Source: Myxococcota bacterium | GTDB taxonomy: Bacteria > Myxococcota_A > SURF-8 | Assembly (NCBI GenBank): GCA_965140415.1 | Contig: OZ223209.1 | Span: 4,128,001 to 4,192,000 of the forward strand | DNA: 64,000 nucleotides | Reading direction: 5' to 3' | Shown: piece after piece, positions 41,771-51,339 of the stretch | Position numbering within the stretch: position 1 is the first letter of the stretch | Layout of the letters: each line of letters begins with the position of its first letter | Position numbers and translations under genes: made by a program | The notes under the pieces: generated by a model | What the model was told of the DNA's origin: nothing | The model's database searches: none | What the model saw: only the letters and a program-made list of their open reading frames with translations

Positions 41771-41963
41771 GTCCGTCGGCAAGCATAAGGCACTGGAGAC
41801 CGGCTCCGCAGCCCACATCCAATCCCGAACTACCTTCCGGAAGTTCAAGAGCTTCGATCGCATCACGAAAAACCGGCTCCCGCAATTGGCTTGTAAAGAG
41901 AAGTTTTTCCAGATATGTGCTTGGCACCGGTTTTATCTCCAATTCATATTGGGTGACGGTCAA
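41770..41963 (-). pseudogene. class I SAM methyltransferase N-terminal fragment
   Basis: GLDVGCGAG motif I, then runs into the antisense of the lipoprotein remnant. Confidence 0.7.
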
Positions 41964-42045
41964 TGAATGAAACCTTATTTACGTGTAGTGCAGAAATTAG
42001 ATCAAATTCTATGGCTACGACTTAGATTCCTGCACAGCCGAAGGC

Positions 42046-42204
42046 TCAACCATCGCACAGGTATACCGATATCGGCACGTCATGCGTGTCCGCCAACTCC
42101 TTCCCCCTCAACCAGACCTCCCGATCGTGCTGGGCAAGGTAATAATCGCAGCTGAAACAATCCAGGCCGCAGGGGGCGGTCAGTTCTTTGTAATCCATGT
42201 CCAT
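42046..42204 (-). pseudogene. DUF3795-like Cys protein, truncated
   Basis: APCGLDCFSC...CDG stop. Confidence 0.65.
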
Positions 42205-42212
42205 TTCCTTTC

Positions 42213-43052
42213 CTATTTCCGAGATGCTACGATGGCGAAAGTGTCGGATTCGGGGTCTAACGGATTTCCGCAAACATTGCCCAATAGTTCTACAACTCTG
42301 AATCCGTACTCTGAAAGTTCGGCTTCGATCATTTCGGGACGGAAGTGTTGCAACCAATTGTAAACGGTTCGTTTGCGTGACTTTTCGATGATCGTGTATT
42401 TGTCTAGGATCACTTTTTCAGGTTCATATTTGAATGTGTTTACAAAACCGAAGTAATCATCCGGCGACCAGAAGCTGTTTAACTGGTTGAGCTCATAGGT
42501 GGCGGACTCCTCTCGTTGCTCAAACAAATTTAGCGAATGCACGTCAAACAGAAACATGCCGCCCGGAACCAGTACGCCGGAAATCCTCTCTAACAGTAGT
42601 TTCCTTTGTTTCGGGCTGAGAACGCAGTAGTCACACATAATCATCATGGCTAGATCGAAGCGTTCTTCTGTTGCGAATTCGAGATAGTTTTGATGGATGT
42701 AATTGATCGCCAAGCCTTCATTTGAGGCGATCGATTTGGCGTATTCCAGCGAGTGTCTGGAAAAATCTAGGCCTGTCACTGTAGCTCCAAGCTTGGCTAA
42801 TCGTGTGGTGTACAATCCCGGCCCGCATCCAAAATCAACGATTCTGGTTTCTGCGCCTACGGAAAAACGAGTGCCTATCCAACTTACGGAGTTGTCGATG
42901 AATGCAGGATTTCTCGAAGAGAGATCGATTTCTTCATTTAAGTGATACTTCAGCATCTGTTTCGAGGTGTATTCATCGGTCCACAGGTCTTCAGCGGTGT
43001 AAATCGAGAAAGGTTCTGGTCTGCTATTGATATTTTTGAGTTGTTCAAACAT
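42213..43052 (-). CDS. class I SAM-dependent methyltransferase
   Basis: VDFGCGPGLY, GLDFS, LVPGG. Confidence 0.92.
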   Translation of the reverse strand: MFEQLKNINSRPEPFSIYTAEDLWTDEYTSKQMLKYHLNEEIDLSSRNPAFIDNSVSWIGTRFSVGAETRIVDFGCGPGLYTTRLAKLGATVTGLDFSRHSLEYAKSIASNEGLAINYIHQNYLEFATEERFDLAMMIMCDYCVLSPKQRKLLLERISGVLVPGGMFLFDVHSLNLFEQREESATYELNQLNSFWSPDDYFGFVNTFKYEPEKVILDKYTIIEKSRKRTVYNWLQHFRPEMIEAELSEYGFRVVELLGNVCGNPLDPESDTFAIVASRK

Positions 43053-43087
43053 TCTATTTTAATCCTCTGTGTCTGAGAGCACGATTT

Positions 43088-43981
43088 TTAGTCCAACACC
43101 GTCACCGCGGCCAGACGCCGAGGGACGGTCTTTCGATACTTATATTTCGAATAACCCAGCGAAAGGCTGGCGTAAACTTCCCGGTTTTCCGGCAATCCGA
43201 TCAAATCCCTCAGTTCGCTCGACCGATTGATGACGGGGCCGATCAGACCGTTGAAAAAACCCTCGACACCGAGCGATCGAGCCAGGAGCATGGAAAACGA
43301 AGCGGCGATCCAGCAGTTGTCTTGAGCAGAAGGTTCCGACACATTCGAATGAAAGAAAATCATGAGGGGACAGTCACGCGTGATTTCATTTCCTTTGCCC
43401 TCTTTGAACCACTTGATGTACCAGCGCATACCGGGCATGACGAAATCCGTCAGCGTATTGATCCGCGCCTTTCCAACGGACATCTTCATAAGGAGACGGA
43501 TCATCGGGTTGGCCAGGTTCTTATCCAAGTCTTCGTATGCGCCGATGGCGCCATTGCCGATCTCTTTCAAAAGGTCCGGGTTACTGACAGCGATTACGCC
43601 AAGACTGTTTTTTCCGGAGCCGGTCGGTGATATGTGTGCGGCTTCGATGATCCTATCGATGGTTTCTCGCTCCACCGGCTTATTCGAATAGCGTCGTACC
43701 GAACGCCGATTTTTCATCAATTGCAGAAACTCGTTCGGATCGACATGGCTTTCTTCAACCGGACGAAAGCTTTCCATATCGAGCGCATCAATGGTTATCG
43801 AATCTGTCGGACAAACAGTAACGCATTGCCCACAGGCTGCACACAGTTCGGCGCGTTCGGCAGATACGACCGTCTCCTTCTTGCCGCTTACTTCCCGAAC
43901 TTCGGGAATATGACGCGGGCAAATGACGGAGCAAATCCCACAAGATTTACAGGTTTCCTGATTTATCGTAATCGGATTCAT
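43088..43981 (-). CDS. nitroreductase with N-terminal 2x[4Fe-4S] ferredoxin domain
   Basis: CKSCGICSVIC, CAACGQCVTVC, RRSVRRY, SPTG. Confidence 0.92.
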   Translation of the reverse strand: MNPITINQETCKSCGICSVICPRHIPEVREVSGKKETVVSAERAELCAACGQCVTVCPTDSITIDALDMESFRPVEESHVDPNEFLQLMKNRRSVRRYSNKPVERETIDRIIEAAHISPTGSGKNSLGVIAVSNPDLLKEIGNGAIGAYEDLDKNLANPMIRLLMKMSVGKARINTLTDFVMPGMRWYIKWFKEGKGNEITRDCPLMIFFHSNVSEPSAQDNCWIAASFSMLLARSLGVEGFFNGLIGPVINRSSELRDLIGLPENREVYASLSLGYSKYKYRKTVPRRLAAVTVLD

Positions 43982-44286
43982 GACAGAGCCTTTCTTTCTG
44001 GATATATGGCTGGCCGTTTGTGATGGCTTATCTCTACTTCAGACGGACTATTGTATGCGTGAGCATTCTTCCTGATCCTGCACGACCTACAGAAATCGAA
44101 ACACACTCCATTTGTGGATCTGCAACCATCGCAGGTCATGCCTTTTCGGGTTTCATCAGAGCCGAATGTTTCCTTGAAAAACGCGACGGCCTTCTCCCTG
44201 TCCTTTCCGTGACTCGTGCGACTATGACGATAAGCGGGGCATTTTCCGCAATCCACGCCGCAGTATCCAATGTGCTGCGCGCTCAT
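43978..44286 (-). CDS. DUF3795-like Cys protein (C-terminus possibly degenerate)
   Basis: YCGVDCGKCPAY...CDGC...CRSCRIR; ATGA overlaps on both sides. Confidence 0.65.
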   Translation of the reverse strand: MSAQHIGYCGVDCGKCPAYRHSRTSHGKDREKAVAFFKETFGSDETRKGMTCDGCRSTNGVCFDFCRSCRIRKNAHAYNSPSEVEISHHKRPAIYPERKALS

Positions 44287-45179
44287 ATCTGCTCCATTTC
44301 TGCTCTTCCTTCTGAAGACCATTCGTTGGATAGTTGCTCGTAGTGATCGAAAAGTTTGTGTTTGCCATGTTTAGGTGCGACAACATCGTTCAGCATCATT
44401 GTTGTAAAAAACGCCAGCAATTCACCCTGGTGCCGATTGAAGAGGCGAGTAATCGCCACGATGGCCTTCATCAGCCAAGCAGGAGTAGAGCTGATTTTGG
44501 GTTTGGTGTCCAGAGCCTTGAATGCTGTCTCCGCCATTTGCCGGTATGTCATGATCTCCGGCCCTCCAACGTTGATCTCGACGTCAGTGCTATCCACTGC
44601 GTCGACACAGACTTTTGCCAAATCGGCTCCGTGGATCGGGTTCATGCGATTCTCTCCCGAGCCAACCAGCCAAACCCGGCCTTTCTTCGCCATATCGAGA
44701 AACTCCCCCATGTCGGAGAAATACCCGGTGGGTCGAACGATGGTGTAATCGAGGCCGGATTTTTCAAGCTCGGCCACGAAATCCTCATGTGCCTTTACGA
44801 TATCCAGATGGAGTAGGTTGGGACCGTTGAGCACGGACACGTAGATGAACTTCCTAACTCCCGCTCGTTTAGCTTCAATGAGTAAATTCAGGTTACCCTG
44901 GTAGTCGACATCTTGAAAGGTCAGTCCGTCTTTTTGGCGTGTGATACCAAGGGAAGAAAACACCACATCGATTCCTTTGCATACGCCAAACAATGACTCC
45001 GGTTCGGTGACTTTAGCCTGGAATATCTCATCGGGCTGGGTGCTGAGCGCCGCCAGCTTCTCCGCCGAACGTGCCAGGGCGCGGACGTAATTACCGCGCC
45101 TCTTAAATTCTTCGACAGCATGTCCACCGAGATAGCCGGTAGCTCCAGCGACCAGGATGTGATTTGTGTTGGGGTTCAT
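44283..45179 (-). CDS. atypical SDR / NAD(P)H-binding oxidoreductase
   Basis: ILVAGATGYLG, VDYQGN, RPTGYF, PIHGADLA. Confidence 0.92.
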   Translation of the reverse strand: MNPNTNHILVAGATGYLGGHAVEEFKRRGNYVRALARSAEKLAALSTQPDEIFQAKVTEPESLFGVCKGIDVVFSSLGITRQKDGLTFQDVDYQGNLNLLIEAKRAGVRKFIYVSVLNGPNLLHLDIVKAHEDFVAELEKSGLDYTIVRPTGYFSDMGEFLDMAKKGRVWLVGSGENRMNPIHGADLAKVCVDAVDSTDVEINVGGPEIMTYRQMAETAFKALDTKPKISSTPAWLMKAIVAITRLFNRHQGELLAFFTTMMLNDVVAPKHGKHKLFDHYEQLSNEWSSEGRAEMEQI

Positions 45180-45222
45180 CGATTTTTCCTAAGCATAGTG
45201 ACTCGGCAATAAGGAATCGCTG

Positions 45223-45765
45223 TCATCTTTTGACACCGGGATTGATTTTCAAGTCACGAAGATTTTTAAGATACTTGGTTATCTCGGTATTTGGCAGAAT
45301 CTCATAAGATACCGTGCCAGGTGCGGCGCGCTTGGTCATGAGTTTGAATATAAAGCTGTCCGGATATCGCTCGGCTGCCTCTCGTGAAGACCACTGGTAA
45401 ATCCCTTGGAACTCATTTGTGCTTTCGTTGATTGTCCAATCCTTCTGCCGGAATCCTTCCATGCCCATCAGAAACGGCGCTGGAATGATCGAGAGCCGCT
45501 GGTTTGCCCCGGAACTGAGATCCTTGAATTTGAACCTGACCTTGAAAACCGCAAGGTTGTCCGGGTTGTCACCCGAACCATCGACTTTCAGCGTCCGAAA
45601 CACGGTAAACGTCTGCCCGTCTTCCATGGTCAATACTTTGCCCACGTATTGTTCGGGGAAATGGATGTTCCCGCTCAATAGATTCCATATGGAGGTTCTT
45701 CCGATGATCAATCCGGCTATCAGCAAAACGCCCCCGACGATAAGTATTACTTTCCTGTATTTCAT
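45223..45765 (-). CDS. membrane-anchored YdhR-like (dimeric alpha/beta barrel) protein
   Basis: N-terminal TM; GFRQKDW...FQGIYQW...AAERY. Confidence 0.55.
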   Translation of the reverse strand: MKYRKVILIVGGVLLIAGLIIGRTSIWNLLSGNIHFPEQYVGKVLTMEDGQTFTVFRTLKVDGSGDNPDNLAVFKVRFKFKDLSSGANQRLSIIPAPFLMGMEGFRQKDWTINESTNEFQGIYQWSSREAAERYPDSFIFKLMTKRAAPGTVSYEILPNTEITKYLKNLRDLKINPGVKR

Positions 45766-45794
45766 TTTTCACACCTTGTCAGTTCAAGGTTGTT

Positions 45795-45845
45795 GAGGTA
45801 ACCGGTAGCTCCAGTCACCAGAATGTGATTTGTGCTGGAATTCAT
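45795..45845 (-). repeat. diverged duplicate of the first 17 codons of the SDR gene
   Basis: MNSSTNHILVTGATGYL vs MNPNTNHILVAGATGYL (45129-45179). Confidence 0.85.
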
Positions 45846-45857
45846 CGGTTTATCCTT

Positions 45858-46805
45858 TCAGCCGGAAAAGCAGGCAAGCAAACCATCCATGTTTGGAGTT
45901 TCCACGCCCGACATCTTTTTGATCGCCGAAAACTCTTCATTCAAGGCTCTGAATTCGTCACCGATAACTTTAACATGGAGCCCGAATCCCACTTCAGCGA
46001 AACGCGAGGAAAACATCTTCCGAAACACTTTCGGGGCAATCCAGAGTGGCAGCCAGTAGAACAGATTGAAAACGGGCGGCTGGCGTTTTGTGTAACCGAC
46101 TTTTGCAAGCACATTTCCGGCTTCACGACAGGCCAGGACATACTTGCGGAGTCCATCATTATCCTCTGCAGCCTTTTTAAGGTCACCATTGTGTTTGAAA
46201 ATCAGGCCTACGGTCGGACCCATGAAGGCGAAATGGTATTTCAGCCAGCCGTCCATGTTTTGCTCAAGGCTTACAGGCAGACAGGCGCTCTCGAAAAACT
46301 TTTGGAGAACTTGCATCCGATCCGTAATGCCGACTTCAAGCTCACCTAAAAAAAGCTTGCCTCTTTTACCTTCTGGCTTCTCCTTGTCCACGAAGACCAG
46401 GTCATCACCGTCCCATCCTCCACCGCCACCGGGGAATCCCAGCAGCACCTTGTCTTTGGGCAGTTGCTCGCAATATCGTTCAAACCCCGATACATCATTA
46501 CCCATGACAAGAACCATTTTGAGATGCTTGTTCGCAGACAGGATGGGACAGATTTTCTCTCGATTGATTTTGTTCATGGTGACAATAATGAGATCGTAGC
46601 GATCTTCCGGAGCCAAGTGATCTGTCAGTTTCACCTGGGCAGTTTCTTTTTCTCCGGTGAATCCATCTGTGAGCGTAATCCCATGTCTTTGAAGGTTATT
46701 ATAGGTTTCATTTCTGGCAAGCAGCGTCACATCCTTGCCGCCTTGCTGCAGGCGTAGTGCCAGCCATTGTCCAATCGGTCCTGAGCCGTAAATCAAAGTA
46801 TTCAT
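45858..46805 (-). CDS. ketopantoate reductase family protein
   Basis: IYGSGPIG, VTLLAR, YDLIIVT, WLKYH, ETP. Confidence 0.85.
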   Translation of the reverse strand: MNTLIYGSGPIGQWLALRLQQGGKDVTLLARNETYNNLQRHGITLTDGFTGEKETAQVKLTDHLAPEDRYDLIIVTMNKINREKICPILSANKHLKMVLVMGNDVSGFERYCEQLPKDKVLLGFPGGGGGWDGDDLVFVDKEKPEGKRGKLFLGELEVGITDRMQVLQKFFESACLPVSLEQNMDGWLKYHFAFMGPTVGLIFKHNGDLKKAAEDNDGLRKYVLACREAGNVLAKVGYTKRQPPVFNLFYWLPLWIAPKVFRKMFSSRFAEVGFGLHVKVIGDEFRALNEEFSAIKKMSGVETPNMDGLLACFSG

Positions 46806-47425
46806 GATTGTTCTCTTTCTTTTTTGATGTAGCCCCAGGCTTTGGCAACAACTGGATTCCGCCTGAAGAACAGCTCGCGTTTTGACTCTGGCACATGGTT
46901 CAGCGGGCAAGCGAAATTCATGCATTGGGAGCAAAGGAACATTTTCAGGGTAGTAAAGAAACCTGTGGCTAGAAGAACGTATATTCCAAGCATGAACCAA
47001 AGTTCACTCATGACGAGGAATACTAGCGGGTAGCCCCACACAACTGCAAAACCGGCCAAGAATACTGTTTTTTCGATAAACGACATGGGACCGGGTCGAT
47101 ATTTCCACAGTTTGGGTGAACCATGATTGGCCCAGCACGATAGCGTCTTGCCTTCTTCTGCGTAGTGCGGACAGTGGGAACACATCACACGGATTTCGAT
47201 GAAATTAAAGTACAGGATAATTATCCCAATCCAAACAACCAGCGGAACCCAGCCGATACTGAAGATACCCCACCCTCCTAAAAGGAATGCCGGAAAACTT
47301 ATCAAGTAGAAATGCAAAAGTTCCTTTTTACTGAAATGACAATGCACTGAATCGGCTGTGGGACAGCTATTGCAATTCGATGCCTTGCAGGTCGAGATAG
47401 GTTTCGTTTCTTCTAAAAATGCCAT
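46802..47425 (-). CDS. Cys-motif membrane protein
   Basis: Four TM segments; CSHCPHY and CSQCMNFACPLN motifs. Confidence 0.75.
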   Translation of the reverse strand: MAFLEETKPISTCKASNCNSCPTADSVHCHFSKKELLHFYLISFPAFLLGGWGIFSIGWVPLVVWIGIIILYFNFIEIRVMCSHCPHYAEEGKTLSCWANHGSPKLWKYRPGPMSFIEKTVFLAGFAVVWGYPLVFLVMSELWFMLGIYVLLATGFFTTLKMFLCSQCMNFACPLNHVPESKRELFFRRNPVVAKAWGYIKKEREQS

Positions 47426-47427
47426 GA

Positions 47428-47733
47428 TTAGCCTCTCTTTCCACTGTTAGAAACGAGTTCGTTGATATTTTCACTGTCAAACTCGACCCACACCGAATGG
47501 TTGACCAATCCCAGCTCTTTTAAAAGCGTCGCCAGGGTTTTGCCTTTTTCAGACACTTTCAGGATTGATGTTTGATGATGCAGGTGAATGGTCATGTCTG
47601 TCTCAACTGAGTAATGTCTGTAGATACTGAAATTCTCCAGTCCCAGATTGTTTGCATATTCATGGATCTGCGAAACAATCTCTTTGTTTGGTTCCTGCGA
47701 AAGCCGTATTCGGATGACTTCAACGATGTTCAT
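47428..47733 (-). CDS. hypothetical protein
   Basis: RBS agagagg; operon position. Confidence 0.65.
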   Translation of the reverse strand: MNIVEVIRIRLSQEPNKEIVSQIHEYANNLGLENFSIYRHYSVETDMTIHLHHQTSILKVSEKGKTLATLLKELGLVNHSVWVEFDSENINELVSNSGKRG

Positions 47734-47750
47734 ATCTCATTTCCTCTCTT

Positions 47751-48449
47751 TCACCAGTTGCCAATCACGCGGCGGATTTCTTTGATCTCGGATTTCATTG
47801 ATTTTTGTGTCGTGCGATTCATGATGAATGTCGGGACGTGCATTACCAGCTCGATGCTGGTACGTTGAATCAACAAGGTTCGTGTCCCGTTTTCGATGGA
47901 GAACAGTTTGTAGTATCCTGACAATTCTTCGAAATCTCCGCCCACTAATTCCCATTCAATGAACTTGTCTTGATAGTGAAGATAGTTCAGATCTACTGAT
48001 ACGGTTTTCACGCCATAGTTGAAAATCTCGCTGACTTTTGCCATGTTTCTATCCCACTCGGCATGAATGGATTCGAGGTTGGAATTGATTTGAGTTCGAA
48101 GCGGATAATCTTTAAGAACGGCCATTACCTGTTGACGCGGGGCATTGATGACGGCCACACACTCATAGTGTCGTGACCCATCTAATTCAGGTAAGGTTCC
48201 GGTACGGATCTCTCCATTTAGAAGGGCTCTCCATGCTTCCTCGCTGAACTCGGGCATTGATCCGAGCTTTTCCGGGGCTAAAGAAATTTCGTCAGTTAGA
48301 GGGAGGGGGGCAAATTGCGGATTGGGGAGGGAAGCATGGCACGTTTGCGAGTGAAGCATGGAGAGTATAAGAATTATGGAAAGTAAAAGGACTGCGATCA
48401 TCAAGTCCTTCATTGAATCCCTGTTGTGCAAGCTATTATTTTTCATCAT
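47751..48449 (-). CDS. secreted SRPBCC/START-like protein
   Basis: Signal peptide; INAPRQQVMAVLKDY, IEWELVGGDFEELSGYY. Confidence 0.65.
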   Translation of the reverse strand: MMKNNSLHNRDSMKDLMIAVLLLSIILILSMLHSQTCHASLPNPQFAPLPLTDEISLAPEKLGSMPEFSEEAWRALLNGEIRTGTLPELDGSRHYECVAVINAPRQQVMAVLKDYPLRTQINSNLESIHAEWDRNMAKVSEIFNYGVKTVSVDLNYLHYQDKFIEWELVGGDFEELSGYYKLFSIENGTRTLLIQRTSIELVMHVPTFIMNRTTQKSMKSEIKEIRRVIGNW

Positions 48450-48493
48450 CTCACCTCATTATTTTGTCAGCATCGTAACTGAGTGAGAGACTC

Positions 48494-48509
48494 TGCTTAG
48501 ATCGTGCCA
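48494..48509 (-). promoter_or_regulatory. putative sigma54 -24/-12 promoter
   Basis: TGGCACG-ATCT-AAGCA on minus strand with correct GG-N10-GC spacing, 45 nt upstream of the operon. Confidence 0.6.
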
Positions 48510-48561
48510 AAACTTAAAGCTCCGTGATTTCATGTAGATACAATTTCACCCCAGGCAAACA

Positions 48562-48627
48562 TTCCAAATACGGCAGATAATTGCCTGTCAAATACGGCAT
48601 GATCGTGCTATGGTGCCAAATACGGCA
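48562..48627. promoter_or_regulatory. three TGCC-AAATAC-GGCA-like sites, putative enhancer (UAS)
   Basis: caaatacggca at 48565, 48589 and 48617. Confidence 0.6.
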
Positions 48628-48657
48628 CCAATTCAATTCTGGAAAAGGCAGGCCACG

Positions 48658-50757
48658 ATGATCAATGAAAACGACTTCTTCCGGCAGGCGACACTGAAGA
48701 TTTGCGGAAACCTGGCAATCGAACAAGCGCTCCATGAGGCTTTGCTCTACATTGGCCGATATATCCCAATAGACGTCTTTTTCTTGGAATACTTCGATCC
48801 TGAATCAAACTCCGCCCGAACCATCGCGAGAGCCGACGGTAACGGCGGTGTTCCACTTGATCTGGTCACCCCAATTCCAGCCGATGCACGTGAGCATCGT
48901 GACTTTAAAGCAACGGCTGTGCTTGGCAAAGCCATGATTCTTAATCACTGTGAAGAGAATCACATGGCGACGACGATGCTTCGTTTTCATAACTATGATG
49001 AAAAAAGCACCTCTTTAATCACCATGCAATTGATAGGTGAAGGTGAGGTATTCGGTGGCTTGGTGGCTATTGCCGAAAAGCGAGATGCATTCACAGATGA
49101 ACATGCTCAGCTAATTTCATCTCTTTCGAAACCTTTTTCCATTGCCATGGCGAATGCCCTTCACCACCGAGATGTTCTACTAACCAAAGATCGCCTGGTC
49201 GATGAAAACGAGTTTTTCCGTAACATGACCATGCACATCTGCGGAAATCTCGTTCTGGAAGATGGGCTTCATGCATGTATGGAATACCTGACGAACCACA
49301 TTCCCGGATATGCCATCTATCTACAGCAATATGACCCGGGGTTGGGAGCGATGCGTCTCGTGTCCCGCGCCACGATGAACAAGGGGGAGCGGCTGGACCG
49401 GCTGGTGCCGATGTCCGATACGGCAAAGGCAGCCATGACACGGATTTGGGAGGGCTACCTTGCCGGAAACATGCCGCCCGTGTTCGTGGTCAACGATCCG
49501 AAACAGCAACCGGTGACCATGAGCATGCTGGAAGCGCTGGACCTGCCGCTGTCCTCAGCCTTGAGCCTGCCGCTGCTTGTCAACGATCAGCCAGTAGGGG
49601 CTTTGGTGCTGCTGGCCGAGGGCGAGAACCGGTTCAGTGAGGAACATATCCGGCTCTATAGCACTCTCAAAGTTCCGTTTTTCATCGCCATGTCCAATAC
49701 GCTTAAACATATGGAAGTACTGAAGCTAAAAGATATGCTGGCGGATGATAACCGCTTCTTACAACGCGAAATACACAGGATGACCGGTGATGATATCATC
49801 GGAAGTGACTTTGGTTTGAAGCATGTTATGGACATGGTACGACAGGTTGCTCCTTTGGATAGTCCGGTTCTTCTTATGGGAGAAACAGGTGTCGGCAAAG
49901 ACGTAATCGCTAATGCGATCCATTTCTCTTCACCCCGCAATGACAAACCCTTTATCGCGGTTAACAGTGGAGCCATACCGGATTCATTGCTGGACAGCGA
50001 GCTATTCGGTCATGAAAAAGGAGCATTCACCGGAGCACTCAAACAGAAGCGTGGCCGTTTCGAACGTGCAGATAAGGGAACGATCTTTCTAGATGAAATC
50101 GGCGAGCTACCGCCCCAGGCGCAGATACGGCTGCTTCGAGTGGTGCAAAACCGGGAAATTGAACGCGTGGGTGGGACGGATACGATTCCCATAGATGTCC
50201 GTATCATCGCAGCCACCCACAGAAGCCTGGAGGATATGGTCGCCGCTGGTCAGTTTCGTGAAGATCTTTGGTTCAGGCTAAACGTATTTCCGATAACCAT
50301 CCCACCGTTACGCGAGCGCACAGAAGATATTCCCGCGCTGGTCCACCACTTCATCGAAAGCAAATCGAACCAGCTCAGGCTTCCACCTGGAATGAAGTGT
50401 GCATCAGGTGAAATGAATCGCCTGATGGCCTACCACTGGCCGGGAAACGTGCGAGAACTGGAAAATGTTGTCGAGCGAGCATTGATTTTGCACCCACAAG
50501 GACCATTATCATTCAATCTGCAAACAGAACAGAAGAGAGAATCTGAAGTTCCGAAAAAGGTGTCCATTACAACTGATGCATATTCTGGTTTGACGAAATT
50601 GGACGATGTTATTTCGCATCACATCAAGCATATCTTGGGAAACACCAATGGTAAGGTCCAAGGGAAAGATGGCGCAGCCGCATTGCTTGGCGTGAATCCG
50701 AGTACACTTCGAAATAAAATGAAGAAACTTGGGATACCGTATGGTATAAATCAGTAG
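48658..50757 (+). CDS. sigma54-dependent transcriptional activator with two GAF-like domains
   Basis: GETGVGK, GAFTGA, LDEIGE, WPGNVREL, C-terminal HTH; duplicated EN(D/E)FFR...ICGNL. Confidence 0.95.
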   Translation: MINENDFFRQATLKICGNLAIEQALHEALLYIGRYIPIDVFFLEYFDPESNSARTIARADGNGGVPLDLVTPIPADAREHRDFKATAVLGKAMILNHCEENHMATTMLRFHNYDEKSTSLITMQLIGEGEVFGGLVAIAEKRDAFTDEHAQLISSLSKPFSIAMANALHHRDVLLTKDRLVDENEFFRNMTMHICGNLVLEDGLHACMEYLTNHIPGYAIYLQQYDPGLGAMRLVSRATMNKGERLDRLVPMSDTAKAAMTRIWEGYLAGNMPPVFVVNDPKQQPVTMSMLEALDLPLSSALSLPLLVNDQPVGALVLLAEGENRFSEEHIRLYSTLKVPFFIAMSNTLKHMEVLKLKDMLADDNRFLQREIHRMTGDDIIGSDFGLKHVMDMVRQVAPLDSPVLLMGETGVGKDVIANAIHFSSPRNDKPFIAVNSGAIPDSLLDSELFGHEKGAFTGALKQKRGRFERADKGTIFLDEIGELPPQAQIRLLRVVQNREIERVGGTDTIPIDVRIIAATHRSLEDMVAAGQFREDLWFRLNVFPITIPPLRERTEDIPALVHHFIESKSNQLRLPPGMKCASGEMNRLMAYHWPGNVRELENVVERALILHPQGPLSFNLQTEQKRESEVPKKVSITTDAYSGLTKLDDVISHHIKHILGNTNGKVQGKDGAAALLGVNPSTLRNKMKKLGIPYGINQ

Positions 50758-50867
50758 ATTTTGTATTATCAGGTCGCGTTTCAATTCTGTGAGCTAAAAG
50801 AAGAGGCTCGCACCTCTTCCTGGGAACATTGTTCACTCAGCCAATCGCATGATTTACACCATTCACA

Positions 50868-50957
50868 AAGCCGCTCTTGGGCTAGACGGTGAATGCGGTC
50901 TTTCAGTTCAGCTGCCGCCTTTTCCGTAAATGTGAATGCAACGATGTTAGCCGGCGA
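50868..50957 (-). pseudogene. UvrD/REP helicase motif Ia fragment
   Basis: PANIVAFTFTEKAAAELKDRI. Confidence 0.65.
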
Positions 50958-51251
50958 TGATCGAGCAGATGACCACAACGCCGATCATCGTCTGCATCGG
51001 TCAGGGCCATAACGAACATTATCAGATACGCAGTACGTTTCATTTGCTTCTGCCGATAGTTTCGGATGATGAAAACAGTATTTTCCAGTGGTGCAGAATT
51101 ACCACAAGGTTCTAATTTACTCAAATGTTATCACGAAACGGTATCGGACACCGAATGTCAAGACAGCGAAAAACAGCAACTACAAATCCCGTTCTCATCC
51201 CTCCCGAAACATGCTTTTCTGCAACTTTGTCAATATTTGTCAACGAGGCAC

Positions 51252-51282
51252 AAAAAAAGGTTACGCCGAGCTGACGTAACCT
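51252..51282 (-). terminator. intrinsic terminator downstream of the tRNA fragment
   Basis: aggttacg-N9-cgtaacct stem followed by a T run on the minus strand. Confidence 0.75.
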
Positions 51283-51292
51283 ACTGAAATCA

Positions 51293-51339
51293 TGGAGCCA
51301 ACGAGCGGATTCGAACCGCTGACCTGCTGATTACGAATC
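51293..51339 (-). mobile_element. 3' half of tRNA-Thr(CGT): integration att core
   Basis: Minus strand gattcgtaatcagcaggtcagcggttcgaatccgctcgttggctcca has anticodon loop, T arm and CCA; 5' half absent. Confidence 0.85.
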
